Assembly: GCA_021791755.1 (NCBI GenBank)
Contig: JAJYWA010000004.1
Coordinates: 1-58,589 of the forward strand
Length of the DNA: 58,589 nucleotides
Source of the DNA: Actinomycetes bacterium
GTDB taxonomy: Bacteria > Actinomycetota > Acidimicrobiia > Acidimicrobiales > JAJZXF01
Direction of reading: 5' to 3'
Positions within the stretch are counted from its first letter, which is position 1, and each line of letters starts with the position of its first letter. A program made the position numbers and the translations under genes. Below the pieces are notes generated by a model that was not told where the DNA came from, searched no databases, and saw only the letters and a list, made by a program, of their open reading frames with translations. Below, piece by piece: positions 47,732-58,103 of this stretch.

Positions 47732-50161
47732 ATGGTCAGGGTCAGCGATGAGCTGGGAGCTCACGACGGCGTTCGAGGTGCACAGGGTGATGCGCACGGA
47801 GGCGATCGCGGCGTGCGCGAGCACAAGGCCGTGATGGCCAGCCAGGTCCCGGGAGATGCGATGGCCAGCCAGGCGCAGGGAGACGCGCCGGTCGGTAGCC
47901 AAGGACCGGTAGCGGTGTTGACAGCTGCCAGTCGCACTTCTCGAGCTGTCGTAGAAGACGAGCAGGTTAGCCTCGATCCGGTTCTCCGGGAGCTTGGAAG
48001 GCGGCGCCCGGGGTTCGATCGTGAGCGCGTCGTGCGTGCCTACGATATTGCAGTTGCCGCACACGAGGGCCAGTACAGGTTGTCAGGTGAGCAATTCATT
48101 GTCCATCCGCTCTCGGTCGCGCTCGTGACCGCGGAGATCGGCCTGGATGACGTGGGTGTTTCCGCTGCTCTGCTGCACGACGTCGTCGAGGATGCCGGCG
48201 TCTCTCTCGAACTGCTCGAACACGAGGTAGGGCCGCGAGTCGCAGGGTTGGTGGACGGTCTCACGAAGCTGGACAGGATGCGCTTCAGCTCGAGGGAGGC
48301 GCAGCAGGCTGCCACCGTCCGCAAGATGATCGTCGCGATGGCGAGCGACTGGCGGGTGCTGGTGATCAAGCTCGCCGATCGCCTGCATAACATGCGGACG
48401 ATCGCGGTCATGCCCGAGTGGAAGCAGCACCGTACCGCGAGAGAGACCCTTGACGTCTACGCCCCGCTGGCGCATCGCCTCGGTATACAGGAGATGAAGT
48501 GGCAGCTCGAGGATCTCGCCTTCGTGACCCTTTACCCGAAGGAGCACGCAGAGATAGAGCGGCTGGTCGCGCTGCGGACGCCCGAGCGCGCCGCGTACCT
48601 TGACCGCGTGCTGCCGGCAGTCCGCGGGGCCCTGGCTGACCTCGGCATCGAAGCGAGAGTGACGGGCAGGCCAAAGCATCTCTGGAGCATCTACGAGAAG
48701 ATGGTCGTCAAGGGGAAGTCCTTTGACGATATCTACGATCTGGTTGGCATCCGGATTGTCGTTACAGCGGAGAAGGACTGTTGGGCGGCGCTCGGGACAG
48801 TGCACGGAATGTGGAGCCCGGTTCACGGTCGTTTCAAGGACTACGTCAACTCGCCGAAGTTCAACCTGTACCAGGCGCTGCACACGACTGTCGTCGGTCC
48901 CGAGGGCAAGCCAATCGAGGTGCAGGTGCGCACCGAGGGGATGGATCGCCGGGCGGAGCAGGGAGTGGCAGCGCACTGGGACTACAAAGAGCGACGTGAC
49001 GGACGTGACGGACGTGGCGACCAGCCGGCGGCCGGCACACCGGCTGAGAGCGCGTGGCTGAGGCGCATAGCGGATCTGGAGGAGGGTACGTCGGATCCAC
49101 GCGAGTTCCTCGAAGGCTTGAAGGGCGACCTCGTAAAGGACGAGACCTATGTGTTCACCCCGAAGGGCAAGGTGATTGCCCTGCCGGAGGGTGCGACCCC
49201 GATCGACTTCGCCTACGCGGTGCACACCGAGGTCGGGCACCGTTGCATCGGCGCCAAGGTCAACGGCCGCCTAGTGGCGCTGACCACGAGCTTGAAGTCG
49301 GCGGACACGGTGGAGATCTTCACCTCCAAGGTGGAGTCCGCCGGCCCTTCGCCGGACTGGTTGAGGATCGTGGTGACCCCTCGCGCCCGCAGCAAGATCC
49401 GCCAGTGGCTCAGTCGCGAGCGCAGGGACGACGCAATCGACGCCGGCCGGGACGAGCTGGCTAGAGCGCTTGCACGTGAAGGCGCGGCCCGGCTCAAGGG
49501 CAGTCTGGACGCCGGGCTCAAGTCGCTGGCAGCCTCGATGAACTACGTGAGCGTTGACTCGCTGTACGCTGCGCTCGGCAGTGGGCACGTGTCCGCGAGA
49601 ACAGTTGTCCAACGCCTGCTCAGAGACCTCGGGATCGGCGAGCATGACGAGCAGGCTCCGATGACTGTTCGTTCGTCCCACCGCCGGCGGCGAGACAGAT
49701 CGCTGGGCGTCTACGTAGAAGGCCTCGATGACGTGATGGTCCGTCTGTCGGCGTGCTGCTCGCCAGTGCCCGGCGACGAGATCATGGGATTCGTGACCCG
49801 TGGCCGCGGGGTCTCGGTGCATCGGGTCGACTGTGCAAACGCGATCTCGCTGACCGCGGAGGCGCACGAGCGTCTTATCGAGGTGGAGTGGGGTCAGGGC
49901 GTCCAGAGCATGTTCCTCGCGACGATCGAAGTTCGATCGCTTGATCGCCCGCATCTCCTGGCGGACGTGGCGCGAGCTCTCGCTGAGCACCACGTGGCCA
50001 TCGTGTCGAGCGCAACGTCGACCGGGGCGGATCGGATGGCGCGTATGCGCTTCGAGATCGAGCTTGCCGACCAGGTGCACCTGGAATTGGTGCTCGCGTC
50101 CTTGAGCCGCGTCGACGGTGTCTTCGATGTCTACCGGGTGCTGCCGGGTGGCAGGACGTGA
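47732..50161 (+). CDS. rel: Bifunctional (p)ppGpp synthetase/hydrolase (HD-SYNTH-TGS-ZFD-ACT)
   Basis: LLHDVVED, KLADRLHNMRT, RFKD, EVQVRT, TPIDFAYAVHTEVG, CCSPVPGD. Confidence 0.97.
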   Translation: MVRVSDELGAHDGVRGAQGDAHGGDRGVREHKAVMASQVPGDAMASQAQGDAPVGSQGPVAVLTAASRTSRAVVEDEQVSLDPVLRELGRRRPGFDRERVVRAYDIAVAAHEGQYRLSGEQFIVHPLSVALVTAEIGLDDVGVSAALLHDVVEDAGVSLELLEHEVGPRVAGLVDGLTKLDRMRFSSREAQQAATVRKMIVAMASDWRVLVIKLADRLHNMRTIAVMPEWKQHRTARETLDVYAPLAHRLGIQEMKWQLEDLAFVTLYPKEHAEIERLVALRTPERAAYLDRVLPAVRGALADLGIEARVTGRPKHLWSIYEKMVVKGKSFDDIYDLVGIRIVVTAEKDCWAALGTVHGMWSPVHGRFKDYVNSPKFNLYQALHTTVVGPEGKPIEVQVRTEGMDRRAEQGVAAHWDYKERRDGRDGRGDQPAAGTPAESAWLRRIADLEEGTSDPREFLEGLKGDLVKDETYVFTPKGKVIALPEGATPIDFAYAVHTEVGHRCIGAKVNGRLVALTTSLKSADTVEIFTSKVESAGPSPDWLRIVVTPRARSKIRQWLSRERRDDAIDAGRDELARALAREGAARLKGSLDAGLKSLAASMNYVSVDSLYAALGSGHVSARTVVQRLLRDLGIGEHDEQAPMTVRSSHRRRRDRSLGVYVEGLDDVMVRLSACCSPVPGDEIMGFVTRGRGVSVHRVDCANAISLTAEAHERLIEVEWGQGVQSMFLATIEVRSLDRPHLLADVARALAEHHVAIVSSATSTGADRMARMRFEIELADQVHLELVLASLSRVDGVFDVYRVLPGGRT

Positions 50162-51444
50162 GCGAGGCGTTCAGGGCGCCCCCCGGCACCCACGACGTTC
50201 TTTTCCCCGATTCGGCGCGCTGGGAGGCCGTGATCGCGACCTTTGCGTCGCTGGCGCATCGCGCCGGCTACGGATTGGTCGTAAACCCGATCTTCGAGGA
50301 CGAGCGGGTGTTCGTACGCGGGATCGGGGCGGGCAGCGATGTCGCATCGAAGGAGATGTACCGTTTCGAGGACCGAGGTGCAAGGAGGCTTGCGCTGAGG
50401 CCTGAGGGGACTGCGTCGGTGGTGCGGGCCTTCGTCCAGCACCGTCCTCCGGCGCCGTGGAAGGCATGGTACGTCACACCGGCGTTCCGCTACGAGCGTC
50501 CCCAGGCCGGGCGCTACCGTCAGCACCACCAGATCGGTGTCGAGGCCATTGGGAGCGGAGATCCGGATCTCGACACCGAGGTTATCGCCTTGGCATGGCA
50601 GTTCTATGTGGATGTCGGCCTCGGCGGCGTGAACCTGCGGATTGGCTCGATGGGCGATGCGACATGTCGCCCGGCGTTCGAGCGAGCGCTGCGCTCATGG
50701 CTCGACGCGAACATGTCGAAGCTGTGCAACGAGCACGGCGTCAAGGCTATGGCCAACCCGCTGAGAGTGCTCGACTGCAAGAGCGAGGAGTGCAGGTCGG
50801 CCACCGAGTCTGCGCCGTCGATCTCCGAGGCGCTGTGCCCGGGGTGCGCCGAGCACTTCAAGAGGGTCAGGGAGGGGTTGGACGCGCTCGAAGTCCCCTA
50901 CGTATGCGACCCGCGGCTCGTGCGGGGGTTCGACTACTACACGCGCACCACCTTCGAGCTCAGCTCGCCCTATCTGGACGCAGCGCAGAACGGCGTAGGA
51001 GGTGGGGGTCGTTATGACGGCCTGGTCGAGGCCCTAGGTGGACCTCCATCGCCCGCCGTGGGGTTCGGTATAGGGATCGAGCGGCTCCTGCTGGCCTGCG
51101 AGGCCGAGGGGAGCCCTGCCCGCGCGGCGAGGCTGGTGGACGTCTTCGTCGTCGATGTCGTCGGTGGTGAGTCCGCACGCCGTTGGACTCACGAGCTGCG
51201 GTTGGCGGGCATCGGAGCGGATCGCGCATTCGACGGCCGGTCGCTCAAGGCGCAGATGAGGTTGGCCGACCGCTCGGGCGCCGAGATCGCGGTCATCGTA
51301 GGGCCTGAGGAGAAAGCTGCCGGCAAGGCAGCGATACGCCGTCTCCGCGGTGGGGGTGGCGATGCGACCATCCAGGAGCTGGTCGACACGGCCACTCTGG
51401 TGGAGCGCGTGAGCGTTCTCCTGGGCGACATCTCGGTCCGGTGA
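50158..51444 (+). CDS. hisS: Histidine--tRNA ligase
   Basis: KEMY, LRPEGTA, FRYERPQAGRYRQH, LVRGFDYY, GGGRYDG, GFGIGIER. Confidence 0.98.
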   Translation: MSEAFRAPPGTHDVLFPDSARWEAVIATFASLAHRAGYGLVVNPIFEDERVFVRGIGAGSDVASKEMYRFEDRGARRLALRPEGTASVVRAFVQHRPPAPWKAWYVTPAFRYERPQAGRYRQHHQIGVEAIGSGDPDLDTEVIALAWQFYVDVGLGGVNLRIGSMGDATCRPAFERALRSWLDANMSKLCNEHGVKAMANPLRVLDCKSEECRSATESAPSISEALCPGCAEHFKRVREGLDALEVPYVCDPRLVRGFDYYTRTTFELSSPYLDAAQNGVGGGGRYDGLVEALGGPPSPAVGFGIGIERLLLACEAEGSPARAARLVDVFVVDVVGGESARRWTHELRLAGIGADRAFDGRSLKAQMRLADRSGAEIAVIVGPEEKAAGKAAIRRLRGGGGDATIQELVDTATLVERVSVLLGDISVR

Positions 51445-52862
51445 TCTCGGGAGACCTTAGCTCGCAGGACATTTTTTCCAGCGCGGCTCGCTCGTCGCTG
51501 GCGGCTAAGGCGCCCCTTGCCGCGAGGCTTCGGCCGAGAACCCTGGACGAGATGGTGGGCCAGCGGCATCTCCTGGGGCCAGGAGCGGCGCTGAGGGTTC
51601 TGCTCGAGGCCGACAAGCTGTCATCAGCTGTGCTCTGGGGTCCGCCTGGGAGTGGCAAGACGAGCCTTGCACGGATCGTGGCCACGATGACCAGATCGAC
51701 CTTCGTCGCGATGTCAGCGGTGTCGGCCGGGGTTCGCGACGTGCGCGCTGTGCTCGAGGAGGCGAAGCATCGCCTCGGAGCGCATGGAGAGGGCACGCTC
51801 CTGTTCCTCGACGAGGTGCACCGCTTCAATCGTGCACAGCAGGACGTGCTGCTCGAAGCGGTAGAGGAGGGCCTGGTGGTGTTCGTCGGCGCAACTACCG
51901 AGAACCCGTTCTTCGAGCTCAACGCACCGCTCATGTCGCGCTCGACGCTCTTCCGGCTCGAGCCGCTCGCGAGGGAGGACCTCATGGAGCTGGCGCGCCG
52001 TGGCCTCGAGGCGGAGTGCGCTGCCTGCGACGACGAAGTGGCCGAGGCCATGGTGTGCTCTGCGGGCGGGGATGGGAGGTCCCTGCTCGCGACCGTGGAG
52101 GTCGCCGCGAGGCTCGCCAGGGCGCGCCAAACGGCCGATGCCCAGCGTGATCCCCAGTACGACGCCGAACACGACCCTCAGCGTGGCGCCGAACACGACC
52201 CTCAGCGTGGCGCCGAACACGACAGGCAGGGACCGTGGATCGTGCTCCGCGCCGACGTCGAGCAGGCGGCGAGGTCTTCGGTTCCCCGCTACGGCGCTGA
52301 CGAGCACTATGACATCGCGAGCGCTCTGATCAAGAGCGTGCGTGGATCGGACCCGGACGCGGGGCTCTACTGGCTCTCGAGGATGCTCATGGCTGGAGAG
52401 GATCCACGGTTCATCGCTAGGCGGCTCGTCATCCTTGCGAGCGAGGACGTAGGCATGGCCGACCCGACTGCGCTGCTCGTCGCCGATGCCGCTGCGAGGG
52501 CTGTCGACCTGGTCGGCCTGCCGGAGGCGTCGTTGAACCTGGCGCATGCAGTTGTGCATCTCGCTGCTGCGCCGAAGTCGAACCGGGTCACCAGCGCGCT
52601 AGCCGCGGCTAGAGCGGACGCCGAGCGTACGGCGAACGCGAGGGCGCCGGTGCACCTGCGGAGCTCGAACTATCAGGGAGCGAAGCTGCTTTCGCACGGC
52701 GAAGGCTACCTCTACCCGCATGATGCTCCTGGATCCTGGGTTGACCAGGCATATCTACCCGACGAGGTTGCGGGTGCGATCTACTACCAGCCGAGCTCTC
52801 AGGGCCGGGAGGAGCAAGCACGGGTTCGGCTGGAGGATCTCCGGGGCCGGCGGTCACGATAG
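51441..52862 (+). CDS. rarA: Replication-associated recombination protein A (MgsA/RarA)
   Basis: PLAARLRP, WGPPGSGKT, FLDEVHRFN, GATTENP, SALIKSVRGSD, SEDVGMAD, PKSN. Confidence 0.96.
   Translation: MISGDLSSQDIFSSAARSSLAAKAPLAARLRPRTLDEMVGQRHLLGPGAALRVLLEADKLSSAVLWGPPGSGKTSLARIVATMTRSTFVAMSAVSAGVRDVRAVLEEAKHRLGAHGEGTLLFLDEVHRFNRAQQDVLLEAVEEGLVVFVGATTENPFFELNAPLMSRSTLFRLEPLAREDLMELARRGLEAECAACDDEVAEAMVCSAGGDGRSLLATVEVAARLARARQTADAQRDPQYDAEHDPQRGAEHDPQRGAEHDRQGPWIVLRADVEQAARSSVPRYGADEHYDIASALIKSVRGSDPDAGLYWLSRMLMAGEDPRFIARRLVILASEDVGMADPTALLVADAAARAVDLVGLPEASLNLAHAVVHLAAAPKSNRVTSALAAARADAERTANARAPVHLRSSNYQGAKLLSHGEGYLYPHDAPGSWVDQAYLPDEVAGAIYYQPSSQGREEQARVRLEDLRGRRSR
52139..52223. repeat. ~3.5 x 24 bp in-frame repeat (AEHDPQRG) inside rarA
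   Basis: cgccgaacacgaccctcagcgtgg x2.5 plus one degenerate copy. Confidence 0.92.
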
Positions 52863-52875
52863 GATCGCTCTTGCA

Positions 52876-55492
52876 ATGAGGTCCACCGAGCTCCGCGAGG
52901 CATTTACCGGGTTCTTTGCAGCCCGCGACCACCTAGTGGTCCCGTCGGCGAGCCTCATCCCTCACGATGCGAGCGTCATGTTCACTATTGCTGGCATGGT
53001 CCCGTTCAAGCCGTACTTCCTTGACGCGGAGCGCCCCCCGGCGCCTCGGGTCACCACCGTCCAGCGATGCTTCCGAACCCTGGATATCGAGGTGGTCGGG
53101 ACGACCGAGCGCCACTGCACGTTCTTCGAGATGCTCGGCAACTTCAGCTTCGGCGATTATTTCAAGCAGGAGGCGATCTCCCTTGCCTGGGAGCTCGTGA
53201 CCGAGGTTCTCGGTGTGGACGGCGATCGCCTTTGGGTTACGGTGCACCACTCCGACGCAGAGGCGGAGGAGATCTGGCGCGATTCGGTCAATGTTCCTCC
53301 ACATCGGCTACAGCGTCTCGGGGAGGAGAACTACTGGCGGATGGGCGATGTTGGTCCGTGCGGACCATGCTCGGAGCTGTACTTCGATCGCGGTCCCGAG
53401 CACGGCGCGGGTGGTGGGCCGGAGCACGGAGGACCCGAACGGTTCGTAGAGATCTGGAACCTCGTGTTCATGGAGATGGACGCGCTCCCCGACGGTTCCC
53501 TGGTAGAGCTGCCGAGGAAGAGCATCGACACCGGCGCGGGGTTGGAGAGGATGCTCCCGATCGTCGAGGGTGTGAGCTCCATGTTCGACACGGACGTGCT
53601 GGCTCCAGTGATCGCGGCTGCAGAGGATGCGGCCGGCCAGCGCTACGGAGCCGACCATGGAACCGACGTCGCGCTCAGGATACTCGCTGACCATAGCCGC
53701 GCGATCGCCTTTCTCGTCTCCGATGGTGTGTTGCCATCCAACGAAGGCAGGGGATATGTGCTGCGGAGGGTGCTGCGACGCATGGCGAGGCGGGCATCCC
53801 AGCTCGGTGTGCGCAAGCCTGTTGCAGCGCGGCTCATCGCTGCTGTGGTAGAGGCGATGGGCTCCACCTATCCCCAGCTGGTGAGAGACGAGGACTTCAT
53901 CGTGGGTGTCGCTACGCGCGAGGAAGAGCGATTTCTGCGTACGCTTGACATCGGCGCCGCCATGCTCTCGGAGGTGCTCGGCTCCGGGGAAGCGGAGCTT
54001 TCTGGCGATGTGGCGTTCCGGCTTCACGACACCTACGGTTTCCCGGTCGAGCTGACCACCGAGATTGCGGCCGAGCACGGGGTGAGCGTCGATCTAGAAG
54101 GCTTCAGGAAGTCGATGGAGGTGCAGCGGTCGCTGTCGAGGAGCGCCGTAGGCGCTGGCGCATCGAGTCGCACCGAGCAGTACCGTGAGGTGCTTGAGCA
54201 GTTCGGCGCTACGGTCTTCGCTGGCTACAGCGAGGACGTCTTGGAAGCACGTGTGGTTGCGGTCCTCGATAACGGACAAGCAGGGGAGAGAGTCGCGGAG
54301 ATCTTCCTGGACGTTACGCCGTTCTACGCAGAGAGCGGGGGACAGGTCGGCGATACTGGCAGGATATCGACCTCCACTGGCGCCGCGACGGTCCTTGACA
54401 CCACGTCTCCGATTGCGGGGCTCGTGTGTCATCGAGCGGTGCTTGATGGCGAGATATCTCCGGGCCAGATCGCAACGGCTTCGGTAGATGCCTCGAGGCG
54501 CGCCGCGATCCGGCGCAGCCATTCCGCGACCCACCTGCTCCACTGGGCGCTGCGAAAGGTACTGGGAGACCACGTGCGCCAGCAGGGGTCGCTGGTGGCC
54601 CCTGATCGTCTCAGGTTCGACTTCAGCCATTCGGAAGCGCTCGACCACGACCAGTTGGTCGAGGTTGAGAGGCTGGTGAACATGGAGGTGCTCTCCGGCG
54701 CGGAGGTCGAGACCACCACCATGAGCCGTGAGGAGGCCGAGAGCGCCGGCGTTCTTTGGAGACAGGTACGGGGCCGTGGTGCGGGTTGTCCGTGCCGGGA
54801 GCGAGTCCGTGGAGCTGTGCGGGGGCACGCACGTGGCCTCGCTGGGCTTGATCGGCTCGTTCATCGTAGTCTCCGAGACGTCAATAGGCTCGAACGTGCG
54901 CCGTATCGAAGCTGTGACCGGTCTCGGATCGCTGGCGATGGCGCGTGAAGCGCTTGACGACCTGGACGAGGTGGCCGGTGCGTTGAAGTCCCCGGTCGAC
55001 GACGTCCTCAAGGCGCTGGAGCGCCTTGCAGAGCGTCACCGGCGCCTGGAGCGGGAACTGCGCTCACTCCAGCAAGCCCGCATAGCAGACGAGGCATCCC
55101 AGCTGGCGGCCACGGTGTCCCAGCCGTACGGTTCAGAGCTCGGGGCGCTGGCCGGAATTGTGATAGCGCGCCGGGACCGCCTGGACACCGACGCGCTGAG
55201 GGAGATCGCGGTCGCGGTCCGGGGCACAGCCGGCTGCAGGGGGGCGGTCATAGGTGGGACGCCGGATGGGGGCCGCGTCGCTCTCGTGGCGGCGCTCGCG
55301 CCCGGCGAGGGCCTCGACGCGTCGAAGGTGATCTCGGTCGCGGCCCGCGTGGTCGGCGGCGGCGGCGGCGGCACTGCGGACCTGGCAGTCGCGGGTGGGA
55401 AGGATCCGGGAAGGATCGACGAGGCGCTGGAGGTGGCTAGGCAGGAGATCATGAAGATCAGCGGAGAGAGCGGAGGGGACCGTCCGTCGTGA
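52876..55492 (+). CDS. alaS: Alanine--tRNA ligase, frameshifted near 54750 in this sequence
   Basis: FTIAGMVPFK, FEMLGNFSFGDY, EIWNLVF, DTGAGLER, PFYAESGGQVGD, HSATHLLH in one frame; AFFGDRYG, ELCGGTH, RRIEAVTG, GGGGG in another. Confidence 0.95.
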
Positions 55493-55980
55493 GTGGACGC
55501 GCCAGCGTCACCGGTAGGGCGCTCGCGGTGGATCTCGGATCAAGGAGGATAGGGGTCGCCGTGAGTGATTCGAGGGGGGCGCTCGCCTTCCCACACTGCG
55601 TCGTGGAGCGGGGCCCGTCGCGGAGCGCAGATCACGACGCGCTGAGGGAGATCGCTGCCAGCTTGGGCGCCTCAACGGTTGTGGTGGGGCTGCCCCGATC
55701 CCTCAACGGCGGCATCGGTCCCGCGGCGGAAGCGGTCCTCGACGAAGCGCGTGAGCTCTCTGCTGCATTGGGGTTCGACGTGGTGCTGGTGGACGAGCGG
55801 ATGACGACCGTCGTGGCACAGAAGGCGATGCGCTCCGCTGGGCGGGCCGGGTCCGCCCGACGTGTCCGCAGGGCGCGTGTGGACGCCGCGGCTGCTGCCG
55901 TGATCCTGCAGGCGTGGCTCGACAGGCGCTCTCCTTCCGCCGATACGGCCCCACCTGCCGTGGACGCCGGGGCACGGTGA
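55489..55980 (+). CDS. ruvX: YqgF/RuvX-family nuclease
   Basis: AVDLGSRRIGVAVSD, VVGLP, DERMTT, VDAAAAAVILQ. Confidence 0.95.
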   Translation: MSGRASVTGRALAVDLGSRRIGVAVSDSRGALAFPHCVVERGPSRSADHDALREIAASLGASTVVVGLPRSLNGGIGPAAEAVLDEARELSAALGFDVVLVDERMTTVVAQKAMRSAGRAGSARRVRRARVDAAAAAVILQAWLDRRSPSADTAPPAVDAGAR

Positions 55981-57098
55981 GCCGGGGTCGCTTCACGTCG
56001 GGTCGAACCGGATCGGGTCGAACCAGGTCGGGTCGCTCCACGTCGGGTCGAACCGGGCGAAGACGCCTCATACGTAAGCTACCGACCGGTTGGGCCGTGG
56101 CCGTCCTCGCAGCGCTGGTCTTCATCATCTCGTGTGGCGCTATCTGGTACCAGATAGGGGCCGAGCCGCTCGGAGGTCCGGGTCCGGTCAGGCTTGTGCG
56201 GGTCCTGCCTGGCTGGAGCGTGACTCGGACCGCAACTGAGCTGCAGGCAGACAAGGTGATCTCGAGCGCTCTCGGGTTCCGGCTCTACTTGGTGCTGAAC
56301 GGATCGATCGTCGTGATGCCCGGCGCCTACACGATGCATGAAGGTGAGTCCTACCCCGCCGTGGCGTCTGCCCTAGCGGCAGGACCTCCATTGAAGCCGT
56401 TGGTCGTTCTGCCGGGCTCGACGATCAGGACGCTCGCGGCGAGCGTCGCCCGGTTTCCAGGGCACAGCGCCCGTCGGTTCATAGCGGCGGCGACAAGCGG
56501 CCGCGTGCGATCGACCTTCGAGCCTCCAGGGGTAGACACCCTGGAGGGGCTGCTGTACCCCGACACCTACTTCGTCGGCGAGCGGGAGAAGTCGTCGGCG
56601 ATCCTATCGGCGATGCTCAACCGCTTCGACATCGCTGCATCGTCGCTGCACCTGACACAGCTCGCCGCCCGGCTGGGTGTGACCCCGTACGAAGCGATCA
56701 TCGTCGCATCGATAGTCGAGAAGGAGGCGCTGCTGCCGGCGGACAAGGGTAAGGTCGCGCGGGTGATCTACAACCGGCTGGCCGCCGGGATGCGCCTGCA
56801 GATGGACTCCACCGTGTACTACTCGCTGGCAGCGGGGGGGCGTGGGGTGAACCGGTTGACATTGGCCGACTTGAGGTACCCGTCGGCGTACAATACGTAC
56901 CTGCACGCTGGGCTTCCTCCGACGCCGATAGCGTCGCCGGACTACTCTGCGCTCGAGGCTGCGCTGCACCCGACGCCGGGCCCCTGGATGTACTTCGTCA
57001 CGGTGTCGCCGACCGGCCGGGAGGCGTTCTCTGTCACCTACTCCCAACAGCTGGCCAATGAGCGCCTGGCTAGAAGCCGGGGTCTCGGTGGCGGCTGA
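55977..57098 (+). CDS. mltG: Endolytic transglycosylase MltG
   Basis: LEGLLYPDTY, ASIVEKEA, VIYNRL, LQMD, YNTY..AGLPPTPI; GTGA overlap with ruvX. Confidence 0.96.
   Translation: MSRGRFTSGRTGSGRTRSGRSTSGRTGRRRLIRKLPTGWAVAVLAALVFIISCGAIWYQIGAEPLGGPGPVRLVRVLPGWSVTRTATELQADKVISSALGFRLYLVLNGSIVVMPGAYTMHEGESYPAVASALAAGPPLKPLVVLPGSTIRTLAASVARFPGHSARRFIAAATSGRVRSTFEPPGVDTLEGLLYPDTYFVGEREKSSAILSAMLNRFDIAASSLHLTQLAARLGVTPYEAIIVASIVEKEALLPADKGKVARVIYNRLAAGMRLQMDSTVYYSLAAGGRGVNRLTLADLRYPSAYNTYLHAGLPPTPIASPDYSALEAALHPTPGPWMYFVTVSPTGREAFSVTYSQQLANERLARSRGLGGG
55985..56058. repeat. 5 x 15 bp imperfect in-frame repeat (GRxxS) at the mltG N-terminus
   Basis: gggtcg-N7-tc units. Confidence 0.9.
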
Positions 57099-57134
57099 GC
57101 CCGCCTGCCGCGGCAAGAGCTCCGACGTGGTCAC

Positions 57135-58103
57135 GTGGTGAGCGCGCCTGCCGGGAGCGGCTCCAGCGGCCCGCCGTTGCTGGTGGGGCGCTCGGACGAC
57201 CCCTGGCCACGGGCGACGAGCCTGCTCGCAGCGGTGATCGGCGACCCGATCCGGCACTCGCTCTCGCCGTCGCTGCTCAATGCGGCTTTCCGCGTCGCTG
57301 GGCTCGACTGGGTGTACGTTGCGTTCGAGGTGCGCAGCGGTGACGCCGGGGCCGCGGTCATGGCGGCGAGGACCCTTGGCATAGCCGGCATGTCGGTGAC
57401 GATGCCGCACAAGACTTCGATCGTCGGGGCGCTGGACGGCTGCAGCGCAACCGCCGCGAAGCTCGGTGCAGTCAACACCGTGGTCCGGCGGGGCTCGGCC
57501 CTCCTCGGCGAGAGCACCGACGGCGAAGGCTTCATCAACGCCCTGAGGGAGTCGGCTGCGATGGACCCCGCCGGCCGTGACTGCATAGTGCTCGGAACAG
57601 GGGGGGCGGCGCGAGCCGTGGTCCTCGCTCTCGCTGAGCACGGCGCCCGCAGTGTCGGCGTGGTGGGGCGCCGTGCCGAGGCTGTGGCAGCTGCGGCGTC
57701 GCTCGCTGGAACGGCAGGCCGGGCTGCGACCAGCGGGGAAGCGTCGAGCGCCGACCTCGTCGTCAACGCTACCCCCGTCGGGATGAGCGGAACGTCGGTC
57801 GCGAGGACCGGAGCGCCAGTCGGCTCGGACACCGGCCCCGGCTCCGCCCGCTCCGGCCCCGGCTCGGGCGACCTGCTTGTCGCCTCAGAGGACCTCGGTC
57901 CCGGGCAGGTGGTGATGGACCTCGTCTACGAGCCGCGGACCACGCCGCTGCTCGAAACGGCTCGGATGCGCGGCGCTCTGGCTGTTGGGGGAGTCGGCAT
58001 GCTGGTCCACCAGGCGGCGCTTGCGTTCAAGCTCTGGACGGGGGAGGAGGCTCCGCTCGCTGCGATGTGGGATGCGGTTGCAGGGGATCGTGAAGCCGGC
58101 TGA
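57135..58103 (+). CDS. aroE: Shikimate dehydrogenase
   Basis: IGDPIRHSLSP, SVTMPHK, GAVNT, TDG.G, GTGGAARA, NATPVGM, DLVY, GMLVHQA. Confidence 0.96.
   Translation: MVSAPAGSGSSGPPLLVGRSDDPWPRATSLLAAVIGDPIRHSLSPSLLNAAFRVAGLDWVYVAFEVRSGDAGAAVMAARTLGIAGMSVTMPHKTSIVGALDGCSATAAKLGAVNTVVRRGSALLGESTDGEGFINALRESAAMDPAGRDCIVLGTGGAARAVVLALAEHGARSVGVVGRRAEAVAAAASLAGTAGRAATSGEASSADLVVNATPVGMSGTSVARTGAPVGSDTGPGSARSGPGSGDLLVASEDLGPGQVVMDLVYEPRTTPLLETARMRGALAVGGVGMLVHQAALAFKLWTGEEAPLAAMWDAVAGDREAG

Noticed and set aside
47712-51444. Absence of apt, an MBL hydrolase and aspS from the secF-rel-hisS block
   Set aside because: Gene order here varies among actinobacteria; these genes may be elsewhere in the genome.
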